A stretch of 64,000 nt of DNA from an uncultured Chloroflexia bacterium. Lineage in GTDB: Bacteria > Chloroflexota > Limnocylindria > Limnocylindrales > CSP1-4. Where the stretch lies: positions 256,001 to 320,000 of the forward strand of contig CAVVCZ010000001.1 in NCBI GenBank assembly GCA_963746845.1, given 5' to 3'. Below, piece after piece: positions 23,014-31,332 of the stretch (positions are counted from its first letter, which is position 1; each line of letters begins with the position of its first letter). The notes beneath the pieces were generated by a model. That model made no database searches and was not told the DNA's origin. It worked only from the letters and a program-made list of their open reading frames with translations. A program made the position numbers and the translations under genes.

Positions 23014-23739
23014 TCAGACACCGTGGCGGAGCCGCTCGACGAGGCGGATCGGGAGCCCGACCTCACGCATCGCCGCCTGGACGGCCGGCACGTCGTAGGC
23101 GACGCGGTGCCAGGTTCCGGTCCCGGTGTCGGTGTCGAGCTCCAGCCAACCGGCTCGCGGGTCGCCGTCGCGCGGCTGGCCGACGCTGCCGGGATTGAGC
23201 AGCTGGCGGGCGCCGACGTCGTGGGTGACGGTGGCGCCGTCGCGACCCTCGCGACCCGTCACGCGATCGCCCTTCCGGGTCCAGGCGAACGGCAGGTGGG
23301 TGTGCCCGAACAGCCCGAGCGGGGTCGTCAATAGCTCGAGGTTGGCCCGGGCGACGGCCGTCGACATCACGTATTCCCAGATCGGGTCGCGGGGGCTGCC
23401 GTGGCAGAGGAACGTGTCGGCCTCGACGCGGGTCTGGGGCAGGCCCCGCAGCCAGTCGATCGTCGCCGGCGACATGCGCCGCCGCGTCCACTCCATCGCG
23501 GCCTTCGCGTCGTCGTTGAACCAGTCGATCTCGCGGCCGCCGACGGCGGCCCGATCGTGGTTCCCGGCGACGCCCACCGCACCGACGGCTGCCAGCCGGG
23601 CGACGACGGCGTCCGGCTCCGGGCCGTAGCCCACGACGTCGCCGAGATGCCACACGGCGTCGACGGCGCCGGCGCTGTCGAGCACGGCCTCCAGGGCGAC
23701 GAGGTTCGAGTGGATGTCCGACAGCACGGCTACGCGCAC
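23014..23739 (-). CDS. Metallophosphoesterase (calcineurin-like)
   Basis: 'SDIHSN', 'LGDVVGYG', 'GNHD', 'HGSP', 'GHTH', 'NPGSVGQPRDGDPRA'. Confidence 0.92.
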   Translation of the reverse strand: MRVAVLSDIHSNLVALEAVLDSAGAVDAVWHLGDVVGYGPEPDAVVARLAAVGAVGVAGNHDRAAVGGREIDWFNDDAKAAMEWTRRRMSPATIDWLRGLPQTRVEADTFLCHGSPRDPIWEYVMSTAVARANLELLTTPLGLFGHTHLPFAWTRKGDRVTGREGRDGATVTHDVGARQLLNPGSVGQPRDGDPRAGWLELDTDTGTGTWHRVAYDVPAVQAAMREVGLPIRLVERLRHGV

Positions 23740-23800
23740 GTGGTGAGCCTAGCGCGGAGGGACGCCGCCGGAGCGACCCGGCGCGGGCCGTGGCGCAGCG

Positions 23801-24604
23801 CTACCAGGGCCGGCGCTTGCGGGCAGCGGGATCGCGTGGCCAGCCCGCACCGATCGGACCGCCGGACCGGGTGACGATCACGAGCCGATGGTCGCGGAGG
23901 TCGTCCACGACCGGGCCGGCGTCATCGGGGACGGCGGGCTCTACCGCGATGCGTGCGTCGGGATCCATCGCCGCGATCGCCCTTCGGGCCGCCCCGAGCT
24001 CGGCGCCGTCCTCGCCGGCCAGGGCGCGCTGCGATTTCCAGGCGACCAGCGATCCACCGGGCTCGAGCAACGGGAAGGCCAGCTCGATCAGGTCGGCGAG
24101 CGGCGCGACGGCCCGCGCGATCACGGCCGCCCCGGGAGGCACGGTGCCGGGCGGGATCGCCTCCGCGCGCATCGCCAGAACCTGCACCGGGAGACTCGTG
24201 GCGGCGACCACCGTGTCGAGGAAGCGGGCCTTCTTCCCGACCGATTCGACGAGGACGCCACGACCCGACGCCAGGGTTGCGACGAGCGGGATCCCCGGGA
24301 AGCCCCCGCCACTGCCGAGGTCGACGACGGCCGTCGCGTGCCGAGCCTCCAGCACGCGCAGACCGGTCAGGCTGTCGACGACGTGCCGGATCGCGATCAT
24401 CGCGGGGTCGCGGATCGCAGTGAGATTGATCGCGGCGTTCCACGCGAGGAGCAGCCGGACGTGGGCGTCGATCGTGGCACGGGCGCCGCGTGAAAGAGCG
24501 AGCCCGATCGCGTCCAGCCCCGCGTCGAGGGCGGCGCCATACGCGGTCGGGAGGTCGGGAAGGGTGTCGACGCGCGTCGGGAGCGGGTCCGGCGGACGGT
24601 CCAG
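23801..24604 (-). CDS. rsmG: 16S rRNA (guanine527-N7)-methyltransferase
   Basis: 'AWNAAINLTAIRD', 'RHVVDSL', 'DLGSGGGFPGIPL', 'ESVGKKARFL', 'ARAVA'. Homology extends 68 codons upstream of the listed ATG to a CTG preceded by AGGAGG. Confidence 0.9.
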   Translation of the reverse strand: MDRPPDPLPTRVDTLPDLPTAYGAALDAGLDAIGLALSRGARATIDAHVRLLLAWNAAINLTAIRDPAMIAIRHVVDSLTGLRVLEARHATAVVDLGSGGGFPGIPLVATLASGRGVLVESVGKKARFLDTVVAATSLPVQVLAMRAEAIPPGTVPPGAAVIARAVAPLADLIELAFPLLEPGGSLVAWKSQRALAGEDGAELGAARRAIAAMDPDARIAVEPAVPDDAGPVVDDLRDHRLVIVTRSGGPIGAGWPRDPAARKRRPW

Positions 24605-24808
24605 GCACCCCTCCTGTCGGTCGTGCCTGTGCGGGCCGTCCGGGGTCCGCTCCCGGCGTCGTCGTACGTCACACCGCGCTCGAACCTGATCTTCCGCTGC
24701 CGGTCCGGTTCGCGGCCGGGTTTCCCCGTGCCCCTCGCCGGCCTCGGTGCCCAGGCGGTCGGTGCGGATGCCGGACGTTAGGGGTCGAGGCGTCCCGCGT
24801 CAATGCGG

Positions 24809-24849
24809 TTATCCACGAATCCACGTTCCCCCCGCGAACCTGTGGACAA
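24809..24849. promoter_or_regulatory. Pair of inverted DnaA-box-like sites upstream of rsmG
   Basis: TTATCCACG (24809-24817) and TGTGGACAA (24841-24849, i.e. TTGTCCACA on -). Confidence 0.5.
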
Positions 24850-24894
24850 GTGACGCCGCTCTGCACCGCGGTGCCGGCGGCCGGGGGCCCTCGG

Positions 24895-26493
24895 TCAGGC
24901 GTGCCGGCGATCCTCGTGCAACGATGGCAGCGCTCGGAGACGCGCCCGTCGGCCGGACTCCGGATCGTCCCCACCGGTGTCGTCGTCGCCGTCCCGGCCG
25001 ATGGCCGCGATCGCCCGCCGGACGATCCGCTCCTCCAGCTCGAGCTCCTCGCCCTCGAGCGCACGGACGAGGGCGGCTTCGATCTCCGCGGTCTGGACGT
25101 CGGCTGGACCCGGCAGGACGAGCACGAACGCGGACCCCGACCCGGGGACCGAGGCGACGTCCAGGTCGCCACCCATCTGTCGGGCGAGGTCCCGGGCGAT
25201 CGGCAGGCCGAGGCCGGTCCCGGTGACCCGCTCGTGGCCGGTGAGCCGCTGGAACCGCTCGAAGATCCGGACCCGGTCCTCCGCGGGGATCCCCTCGCCG
25301 TCGTCTCGGACGACGAGGACGGCGGCGAGCCCGTCCACCCGGCCCTCGATCTCGACGCTCCCGCCGGTCGGCGTGAACTTCAGGGCGTTCGCGACGAGGT
25401 TCGTGAGGATCTGCTCCACCCGCCGACGGTCGCCGGTGGCGACACGCATGCGCGGTGGCAGGGTCGTCGTCAGCCGCGTCCCGTGGTCGATTGCGATCGG
25501 CAGCAGGCTCGAGGCGACCTGGGCCCCGGCCTCGGCGATCGAGAACGGACCGACCTCGAGATTGATCGTGCCCGACTCCAGCCGCGACAGCTCGAGGAGA
25601 TCGCCGACGAGGTCCGTCATGGACCCGACGATCGACCGGCTCCGCTCGAGGAAGTCGCGCTCGACGGATGGATCGAGGACCTGGCCGCCGAGGATCAGCT
25701 CGAGGTACCCGCGGAGGCCGGTCAGCGGCGTGCGCAGCTCGTGCGCGACGGTCGACACGAAGGTCGTCCGCTCGGCGTCCCGCGCCCGCAGGTTCGCCAG
25801 CTCGCGCTCGCTCGCGAGCTGGCTCGTGACGAGCGACAGGGCGACGCCGACGTGGCGGGCCATCGTGGGCGGCAGGCGCTCGGCCAGACGGGCGGCGTCG
25901 ACCGGCCGGCCGAACTCGAACCCGAGGGCGACGTCGCCCGCCGTCGGGATCGGCAGGATCGCGAAGTGACGCGGCCGGTCGAGCTCCTCGACGGCGGCGT
26001 CGGCGTTGGTCGCGGCCACCGTCGCGAGCTCGTCCTCGACGTCGTCGGCGAGCGGCCGGGGCTCCTCGATGGACGGATCCTCGACCCGGGCCCGGCCGCC
26101 GACGATGAACGAGATCGGGGCCCGTCCGGCGGCCGCTCGGCGCGCGCGGGAGCGGGGGGCGTGCGCATCGAGCCAGGCGGCGAGCTCCTCCGCCTCCGCC
26201 GGGTTCTCGTCCTCGTCGATCGCGACGGCCGCCCGTCGCTCGATCCCGTCGGCGACGACGGCGACCCGCCGCGCCCCGACCGTGCGGGCGAGGAGGCGCA
26301 GCAGGCCCGCGAGGCGCTCCTCGGCGGTCTGGTCCGAGGCGAGGATGTCCAGCGCCCGGGCGAGAAGGACCTTCTCCTGGTGGGCGACCCGGTCCTCGGC
26401 GCGCCGGTAGTTCTGGCGGCGCTCGACGAATGGCGCGGGTGGGGCGACGGTCGGCAGCTGCGGCGGCAGGCCGTCCTGGCGCTGGTCGGTCAT
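24895..26493 (-). CDS. Cytoplasmic sensor histidine kinase (HisKA + HATPase_c), orphan
   Basis: H-box 'VAHELRTPLT', N-box 'QILTNLVANALKF', 'DDGEGI', 'GTGLGL'; no TM segment and no adjacent response regulator. Confidence 0.92.
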   Translation of the reverse strand: MTDQRQDGLPPQLPTVAPPAPFVERRQNYRRAEDRVAHQEKVLLARALDILASDQTAEERLAGLLRLLARTVGARRVAVVADGIERRAAVAIDEDENPAEAEELAAWLDAHAPRSRARRAAAGRAPISFIVGGRARVEDPSIEEPRPLADDVEDELATVAATNADAAVEELDRPRHFAILPIPTAGDVALGFEFGRPVDAARLAERLPPTMARHVGVALSLVTSQLASERELANLRARDAERTTFVSTVAHELRTPLTGLRGYLELILGGQVLDPSVERDFLERSRSIVGSMTDLVGDLLELSRLESGTINLEVGPFSIAEAGAQVASSLLPIAIDHGTRLTTTLPPRMRVATGDRRRVEQILTNLVANALKFTPTGGSVEIEGRVDGLAAVLVVRDDGEGIPAEDRVRIFERFQRLTGHERVTGTGLGLPIARDLARQMGGDLDVASVPGSGSAFVLVLPGPADVQTAEIEAALVRALEGEELELEERIVRRAIAAIGRDGDDDTGGDDPESGRRARLRALPSLHEDRRHA

Positions 26494-26683
26494 CGGGTCC
26501 TTGCTGTCCGCCCGGTTTCCGGGAACGGTCGGCCGACCGCTCATCGATCGGCCGCCCGATCGTGGCCGGTGCGGCCGAGGCTCGGTATCACCCGGCAGCC
26601 GGAACGGGATGGTTCGGAAGTACGGGGTCCGGTGGGAGGGGGAGCGAGGGGGTGCGCTGCGGTCGCGGAGGTTGCCGGGCTCA

Positions 26684-27037
26684 TCAGGCTGAACGAGCGC
26701 TCCCGCGGACGGGCCGGCCCAGGGTCCTCCGGACGACGTCGATCACCTCGTCAACATACTCGTCCGCCTGGCCCTCCTCGGCCGCCGTCCGGACACAGCC
26801 CTGGACGTGGTCCTCGAGGACGAGGATCGAGACGGCGTCCACGGCCGCCCGAAGGGCCGCGGTCTGCTGGAGGATGTCGACGCAGTACTCCTCGCGCTCG
26901 ATCATCCGCGCGATGCCCCGCACCTGGCCCTCCATCCGCGACAGGCGACGGACGAGACTCGACTTGTCCTTCGAGTAGCTGTGGCGGAAGTTCGCGGGCG
27001 GCGGCGCCGGCGAGCGCCGGGTCGCGGGAGCTGGCAC
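26684..27037 (-). CDS. csoR: CsoR/RcnR-family metal-sensitive repressor
   Basis: 'RLSRMEGQVRGIARMIE...YCVDILQQ', 'EDHVQGCV' (C-H-C ligands). Start is probably GTG 27037 (GGAG upstream); alternative ATG at 27073. Confidence 0.88.
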   Translation of the reverse strand: MPAPATRRSPAPPPANFRHSYSKDKSSLVRRLSRMEGQVRGIARMIEREEYCVDILQQTAALRAAVDAVSILVLEDHVQGCVRTAAEEGQADEYVDEVIDVVRRTLGRPVRGSARSA

Positions 27038-27073
27038 GGGCGGTCTCCGAGCGTCGGGGTGGTCGTCCGTCAT

Positions 27074-27092
27074 GATACCCCCCAGGGGTATC
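27074..27092. promoter_or_regulatory. CsoR-type operator
   Basis: GATACCCC-CCA-GGGGTATC palindrome with C/G tracts, matching the TACCC...GGGTA CsoR operators; overlaps a TATCAT -10 on -. Confidence 0.85.
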
Positions 27093-27172
27093 GCGCCGCA
27101 ACGACCGCGACAGGCCCGTCCGGCGGTCGTCCCGGGCACGATGTCCGACCCGACCCGGTAGACTTTCCGCCG

Positions 27173-27541
27173 ATGGATCCGCGCGACGACCTCGATTCGC
27201 TCGCCGGCGGGGTTGGCTGCGCCGCCTGCGGCGAGCTCGTCCCGACCGATCGGATCCGCATCCTCGCCCGGCGCGACGACCTCGTCTTCGTCGAGATCGC
27301 CTGTCCGGGCTGCCGGAGCGACTCGCTCGGGATCGTGATCGGAACGGACGACGAGCCGGTCGAGGCCGTCGGGCCGGGTCCGACGTACGGCGAGTTCGGC
27401 CCAGGCGACGTCGAGCGCTTCCGCGAGGCGTTGCCGATCGAGGCGGCCGATGTCGAGGCCGTCCGGCGCGCCCTCGGCCGGGGTGGCCTCGCCGCCCTCG
27501 TCGGGCGATCCGAGCCGCCGGCGTCCGGACCGGCCCGGTGA
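27173..27541 (+). CDS. Hypothetical zinc-ribbon protein (CxxC...CxxC)
   Basis: 'CAAC' and 'CPGC'; TAGACT 8 nt upstream of the ATG; GTGA overlap with the next gene. Confidence 0.72.
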   Translation: MDPRDDLDSLAGGVGCAACGELVPTDRIRILARRDDLVFVEIACPGCRSDSLGIVIGTDDEPVEAVGPGPTYGEFGPGDVERFREALPIEAADVEAVRRALGRGGLAALVGRSEPPASGPAR

Positions 27542-28158
27542 CGGCCGACCGGGCGACGGAATCCGGCAATCGGCGTCGCAACCGCCGCAGGACCGCGGCT
27601 CGTTCGGCCCGGGCGCGGCTCACCCGCGAGCTCTCCGCGGTCGCCCTCGAGCCCGCGGTCGAGCCGCGCGCCTTCGAGACGATCCTCACCCCCGGGGCCA
27701 TCCTCGCGGACCCGCGGTTCGAGGCCTTCGGTGCAGCGCCGCCACCGGATCGTCCGCGGCCGGCCTTTGCCCACGCGAGCGAGGAGGAGATGGCCCGGAT
27801 CCTCGACTTCTACCGGATCCGATGGGAGTACGAGCCCCATACCTTCCCGATCCTGTGGAATCTCGACGGCCTCGTCGTCGAGAGCTTCTCGCCGGATTTC
27901 TGGCTGCCGGACCTCGACCTCTATCTCGAGATGACCACCCTCCGCCAGCGGCTCGTCCGGAAGAAGAACCGCAAGCTCCGCCGGATCCACGAGCTGTACC
28001 CGGACATCCGGGTGAAGCTGTTCTACGCGCGCGACTTCCGCGCACTGATGCTGAAGTTCGGGCGCCTCGCGCTCGCCGACGAGCTGAGCGGCTCGTCGGG
28101 CCAGGTCGTCCCGGATCGGGCGAGCGACGACGACGAGACGTCCGGGGACGGCGCATGA
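27538..28158 (+). CDS. Hypothetical protein with PD-(D/E)xK-like nuclease fold
   Basis: 'SEEEMARILD...WEYEP..F...FSPDFWLP..DLYLEMTT'; ATGA-coupled to hpt. Confidence 0.68.
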   Translation: MTADRATESGNRRRNRRRTAARSARARLTRELSAVALEPAVEPRAFETILTPGAILADPRFEAFGAAPPPDRPRPAFAHASEEEMARILDFYRIRWEYEPHTFPILWNLDGLVVESFSPDFWLPDLDLYLEMTTLRQRLVRKKNRKLRRIHELYPDIRVKLFYARDFRALMLKFGRLALADELSGSSGQVVPDRASDDDETSGDGA

Positions 28159-28721
28159 CCGGCAAGATCGACCTCCAGGGCGACATCGGCGAGATCCTCC
28201 TGACCGAGGAGCAGATCGCCGACAAGGTCGCCGAGCTCGGGGCGCGGATCGGGGCCGACTACGGCGATCGGCGTCTCACCCTGGTCTCCGTGCTCAAGGG
28301 ATCGCTGCCGTTCATGGCCGACCTGATGCGGGCCATCCCCTCACCCGTCCGGATCGACCTCATGGAGGTCAGCTCCTACGGCGGCACGTCGACCGAGTCG
28401 TCCGGGCTCGTCCGGATCCTCAAGGACCTCTCGGCGACGATCGCCGGCGAGGACGTGCTGATCGTGGAGGACATCATCGACACCGGGCTGACGCTCAATT
28501 ACCTCATTCGCTACCTGCGCGGGAAGAACCCGGCCTCGCTCCGGATCTGCACGCTGCTGGACAAGCCGGCCCGGCGGCTCGTCGACATCCCGGTCGACTA
28601 CATCGGGTTCACGATCCCGGACCAGTTCGTCGTCGGCTATGGCCTCGACTACGGCGAGTACTACCGGAACCTGCGGTTCGTCGGCGTCCTCAAGCCCGAG
28701 GTCTACACGAGCGCCGAATGA
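28155..28721 (+). CDS. hpt: Hypoxanthine phosphoribosyltransferase
   Basis: 'VLKGS..FMADL', 'SSYG', PRPP motif 'VEDIIDTGLTL', 'LLDKP', 'FVVGYGLDY...RNL'. Confidence 0.96.
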   Translation: MTGKIDLQGDIGEILLTEEQIADKVAELGARIGADYGDRRLTLVSVLKGSLPFMADLMRAIPSPVRIDLMEVSSYGGTSTESSGLVRILKDLSATIAGEDVLIVEDIIDTGLTLNYLIRYLRGKNPASLRICTLLDKPARRLVDIPVDYIGFTIPDQFVVGYGLDYGEYYRNLRFVGVLKPEVYTSAE

Positions 28722-29143
28722 CGATGCACCGACGACCGCTCGGCGGCGCGCGCCGCCTGGCGGGCCTTGCCGCGATCCTGATCATCGTCGCCTGCCTGCT
28801 GCCGTGGTTCGGGACATCGACCGACGCCGGCCTCCCGCCATTGACCGGCAACGCGTTCAGCGGCAGCGGGATCGTCGTCTTCTTCGTCGGCCTCGCGGTG
28901 ATCGCGCTGCTCGCGCTGCCGTACGCGGCCGGCGACACGCCCGTGGGCCTGGATCGGCCGCTGAGCTTCCTGATCCTGACCGTGATCGGCTGGATCGCCC
29001 TCGCGATCCGCGCGATCGACCTGGCCCTGACGAACGTCGAGGTCCTCTTCCCGACCCGCGCCTACGGCCTGTGGCTCGCCGCGCTCGGCCTGATCCTGCT
29101 GAGCAGAGCGGTCTATGACATGTCGCGCGAGCGACGCGTCTAG
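28718..29143 (+). CDS. Hypothetical 4-TM membrane protein
   Basis: 'LLPWF' and 'YGLWL' motifs, four hydrophobic segments, ATGA-coupled to hpt. Confidence 0.75.
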   Translation: MTMHRRPLGGARRLAGLAAILIIVACLLPWFGTSTDAGLPPLTGNAFSGSGIVVFFVGLAVIALLALPYAAGDTPVGLDRPLSFLILTVIGWIALAIRAIDLALTNVEVLFPTRAYGLWLAALGLILLSRAVYDMSRERRV

Positions 29144-29148
29144 TCAGC

Positions 29149-29271
29149 GGCTGTCGCGCCCGAACGCCGATGGGTGCGTTGCCGGCTGCGGTCCGCGCTC
29201 ACGCACCTTGAAGTGCGCTCGCTTACGGTCCTCCCCGGGGCCTTCCCCTCGACGCCCGAGCGCGACGAACG
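29149..29271. repeat. Dispersed hairpin repeat, copy 3 (full, diverged)
   Basis: Same ends (GGCTGTCGCGCC / GCGACGAACG) and core TGCGTTGCCGGCTGCG..CGCTCAC as copy 1; lies between convergent genes. Confidence 0.75.
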
Positions 29272-29286
29272 CAGTGGCGTGCGGTC

Positions 29287-30564
29287 CTACCGTCCGGTTG
29301 GACTCAACCAGACGGTGGGGATGTAGTTGTCCGGGGCGCCGACCGTGCCCGTCGCGACATAGCCGGGGCCGTCCGGGACGACCGCCTGCGGCTCACCCTG
29401 GCCGAACGACGCCTGATCCGGCATCCGCGTCCACGTCCGACCATCCGGTGACGTCCAGGCCGTGCCCTGCCCGAACTGCTGGCCGAACAGGAAGTGGCCG
29501 ACCGCGACGAGCTCGCCCGACGGCCCGGCCACGACGTCCGCCATCGTGATCCCGAGGCCGTGGTAGACGAGCGAGTCCTGGCTCGGCGCGACCCCCCAGG
29601 TCCGGCCGTCCGTCGACAGCCAGATCATCGCCGCCCTCGAGGCGAGGTCGGAGCCCACCGCGACGTAGCCCGGGCCGCCGGCCGCCACCGACGCCATCTG
29701 CCCCGCGCGGAACATGTCACCCCCGTCGACGCGTTCCCAGCTCCGCCCATCGGCAGACCGCCAGACGGCCGATCCCGTCGCATGCCCCACGGGACCGGTC
29801 GTCCCGACAGCGACGAGGCCGCCCGGCCCGGCCGCGATCGCGGCGACCCGCCCATCGGCCATCGCCGGCGTGTCGGGCAGGCGGGTCCACGACGAACCAT
29901 CCGGCGAAGTCCAGAAGCGGGCGGAACCGGGCTGGTTGACGACCCCTGCCCAGCCGCCCGAGACGAACCCGCCCGGACCGGCGACGACGGTCGTCATCCG
30001 CGTCTCCGGGGCCTCGACGAACGTCGACCCGCCGGCCACGGGCTCCCACGCGACGCCGTCGGACGACGTCCAGGCCGCGGCGTCGTTGTTGATCCGGCCA
30101 ACGACCGCGACATGTCCGACGGTCGGGCCGGTCGGGGCGCCGGCGGCGATCGCCAGCGCAAACGCCCCGTCCACGGTCGTCGGCAGGCCGGCCAGCGTCC
30201 AGCGGTGACGATCGGGCGAGGCCGAGGTCCAGGTGACCGGGACGAAGTCGGGGAACGTGTAGCCCACGGCGATCAGCCGCTCGCCGACCGCCGCGAGGTC
30301 GTACGGATTGCCCTGGCTCGCGAAGTGGCCCGGATGTCCCAGGCCCCCGCCGCTCCCGACCGGTGGGACCGACGGCGGCGCTGCGCCCATGCCCGCCGGT
30401 CGTTCGACGTCGGCCGTCTCCCAGTCGAGGCCCGGCGGGCCCGGGGCGTGGCTGGCGGCGATCGGGGAGGCGGGTCCGGGCGAGGTCACGTCCGACCCAC
30501 ACCCGCCGGCGAGCGCGAGGGCGACGACGGCTGCCACGACGCGACGGGCCGAGCCCGGGATCAC
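29287..30564 (-). CDS. Lipoprotein with Asp-box (BNR)-like beta-propeller repeats
   Basis: Signal peptide ending LAGGC; repeated 'WxSxDGxxW' and 'AGPGG(F/L/Y)VAVG'. Confidence 0.75.
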   Translation of the reverse strand: MIPGSARRVVAAVVALALAGGCGSDVTSPGPASPIAASHAPGPPGLDWETADVERPAGMGAAPPSVPPVGSGGGLGHPGHFASQGNPYDLAAVGERLIAVGYTFPDFVPVTWTSASPDRHRWTLAGLPTTVDGAFALAIAAGAPTGPTVGHVAVVGRINNDAAAWTSSDGVAWEPVAGGSTFVEAPETRMTTVVAGPGGFVSGGWAGVVNQPGSARFWTSPDGSSWTRLPDTPAMADGRVAAIAAGPGGLVAVGTTGPVGHATGSAVWRSADGRSWERVDGGDMFRAGQMASVAAGGPGYVAVGSDLASRAAMIWLSTDGRTWGVAPSQDSLVYHGLGITMADVVAGPSGELVAVGHFLFGQQFGQGTAWTSPDGRTWTRMPDQASFGQGEPQAVVPDGPGYVATGTVGAPDNYIPTVWLSPTGR

Positions 30565-31328
30565 GGCAGGGCCCGGATCATCCCGCCGTCGATCGGAACG
30601 ATGGCGCCGCTCACGTAGCTCGCGGCGGGCGACAGGAGGAACGCCCCGAGGCGGCCGACCTCGGCCGGGTCGCCGTATCGGCCGAGCGGGATCCGGGCGA
30701 TCGTCTCGCGCTGGATCTCCTCGACCGGCCGGCCGGTCGCGGTCGCGCGCAACCCGTCGAGGTGGGCGATCCGGGCCGTCGAGACGCGGCCGGGGGCGAT
30801 CCCGTTGATCCGGACCGGGGCGATCTCCGCGGCGAGCGATTTCACGAGCCCGGCCAGCCCGGGTCGGAGGACATTCGACGTCGTGAGGTACGGGATCGGC
30901 TCGCGAACGGAGCTCGAGAGGATGATCAGGATCGCCGGCGCCGACGACGCCTGGAGGTGGGGCAGGCCCGCCCGGATCAGGCGGATCGCGCTGAGCAGGA
31001 CGCCGTCGATCGCGGCGGTCCAGGTCGCCTCGTCGAGGTCCGTGAACCCGCCGCCGGCCGGGCCGCCGCTGTTGACGACGAGGAGGTCGAGGCCGCCCAG
31101 GGCGGCGGCGGCGGTGTCGACCGCATCGGCGGGACCGTCCGCGGTCGAGAGGTCGGCCGGGACCGCGAGCCCGTGGGTTGCGGCCGCCGCCTCGTCGAGG
31201 CGCGCTCCGGGTCTCGCCGTCAGCGCAACCCGGGCGCCCTCGACGGAGAGCTCGGTGGCGATCGCCCGGCCGAGCCCGCTCGAGGCCCCACCGACCAGCG
31301 CGCGGAGACCGTTCAGCCCGAGGTCCAT
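30561..31328 (-). CDS. SDR-family oxidoreductase
   Basis: 'GGASSGLG', 'VVNSGGP', 'SNVLRPGL', 'RIPLGRYG.P.E', 'IDGG'. Confidence 0.92.
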   Translation of the reverse strand: MDLGLNGLRALVGGASSGLGRAIATELSVEGARVALTARPGARLDEAAAATHGLAVPADLSTADGPADAVDTAAAALGGLDLLVVNSGGPAGGGFTDLDEATWTAAIDGVLLSAIRLIRAGLPHLQASSAPAILIILSSSVREPIPYLTTSNVLRPGLAGLVKSLAAEIAPVRINGIAPGRVSTARIAHLDGLRATATGRPVEEIQRETIARIPLGRYGDPAEVGRLGAFLLSPAASYVSGAIVPIDGGMIRALP

Positions 31329-31332
31329 CGCC

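Noticed and set aside
24780-24860. oriC
   Set aside because: Only two good DnaA boxes, no AT-rich unwinding element and no dnaA/dnaN nearby
26514-26527. parS-like GTTTCCCGGGAAC
   Set aside because: Wrong length and several mismatches to GTTTCACGTGAAAC
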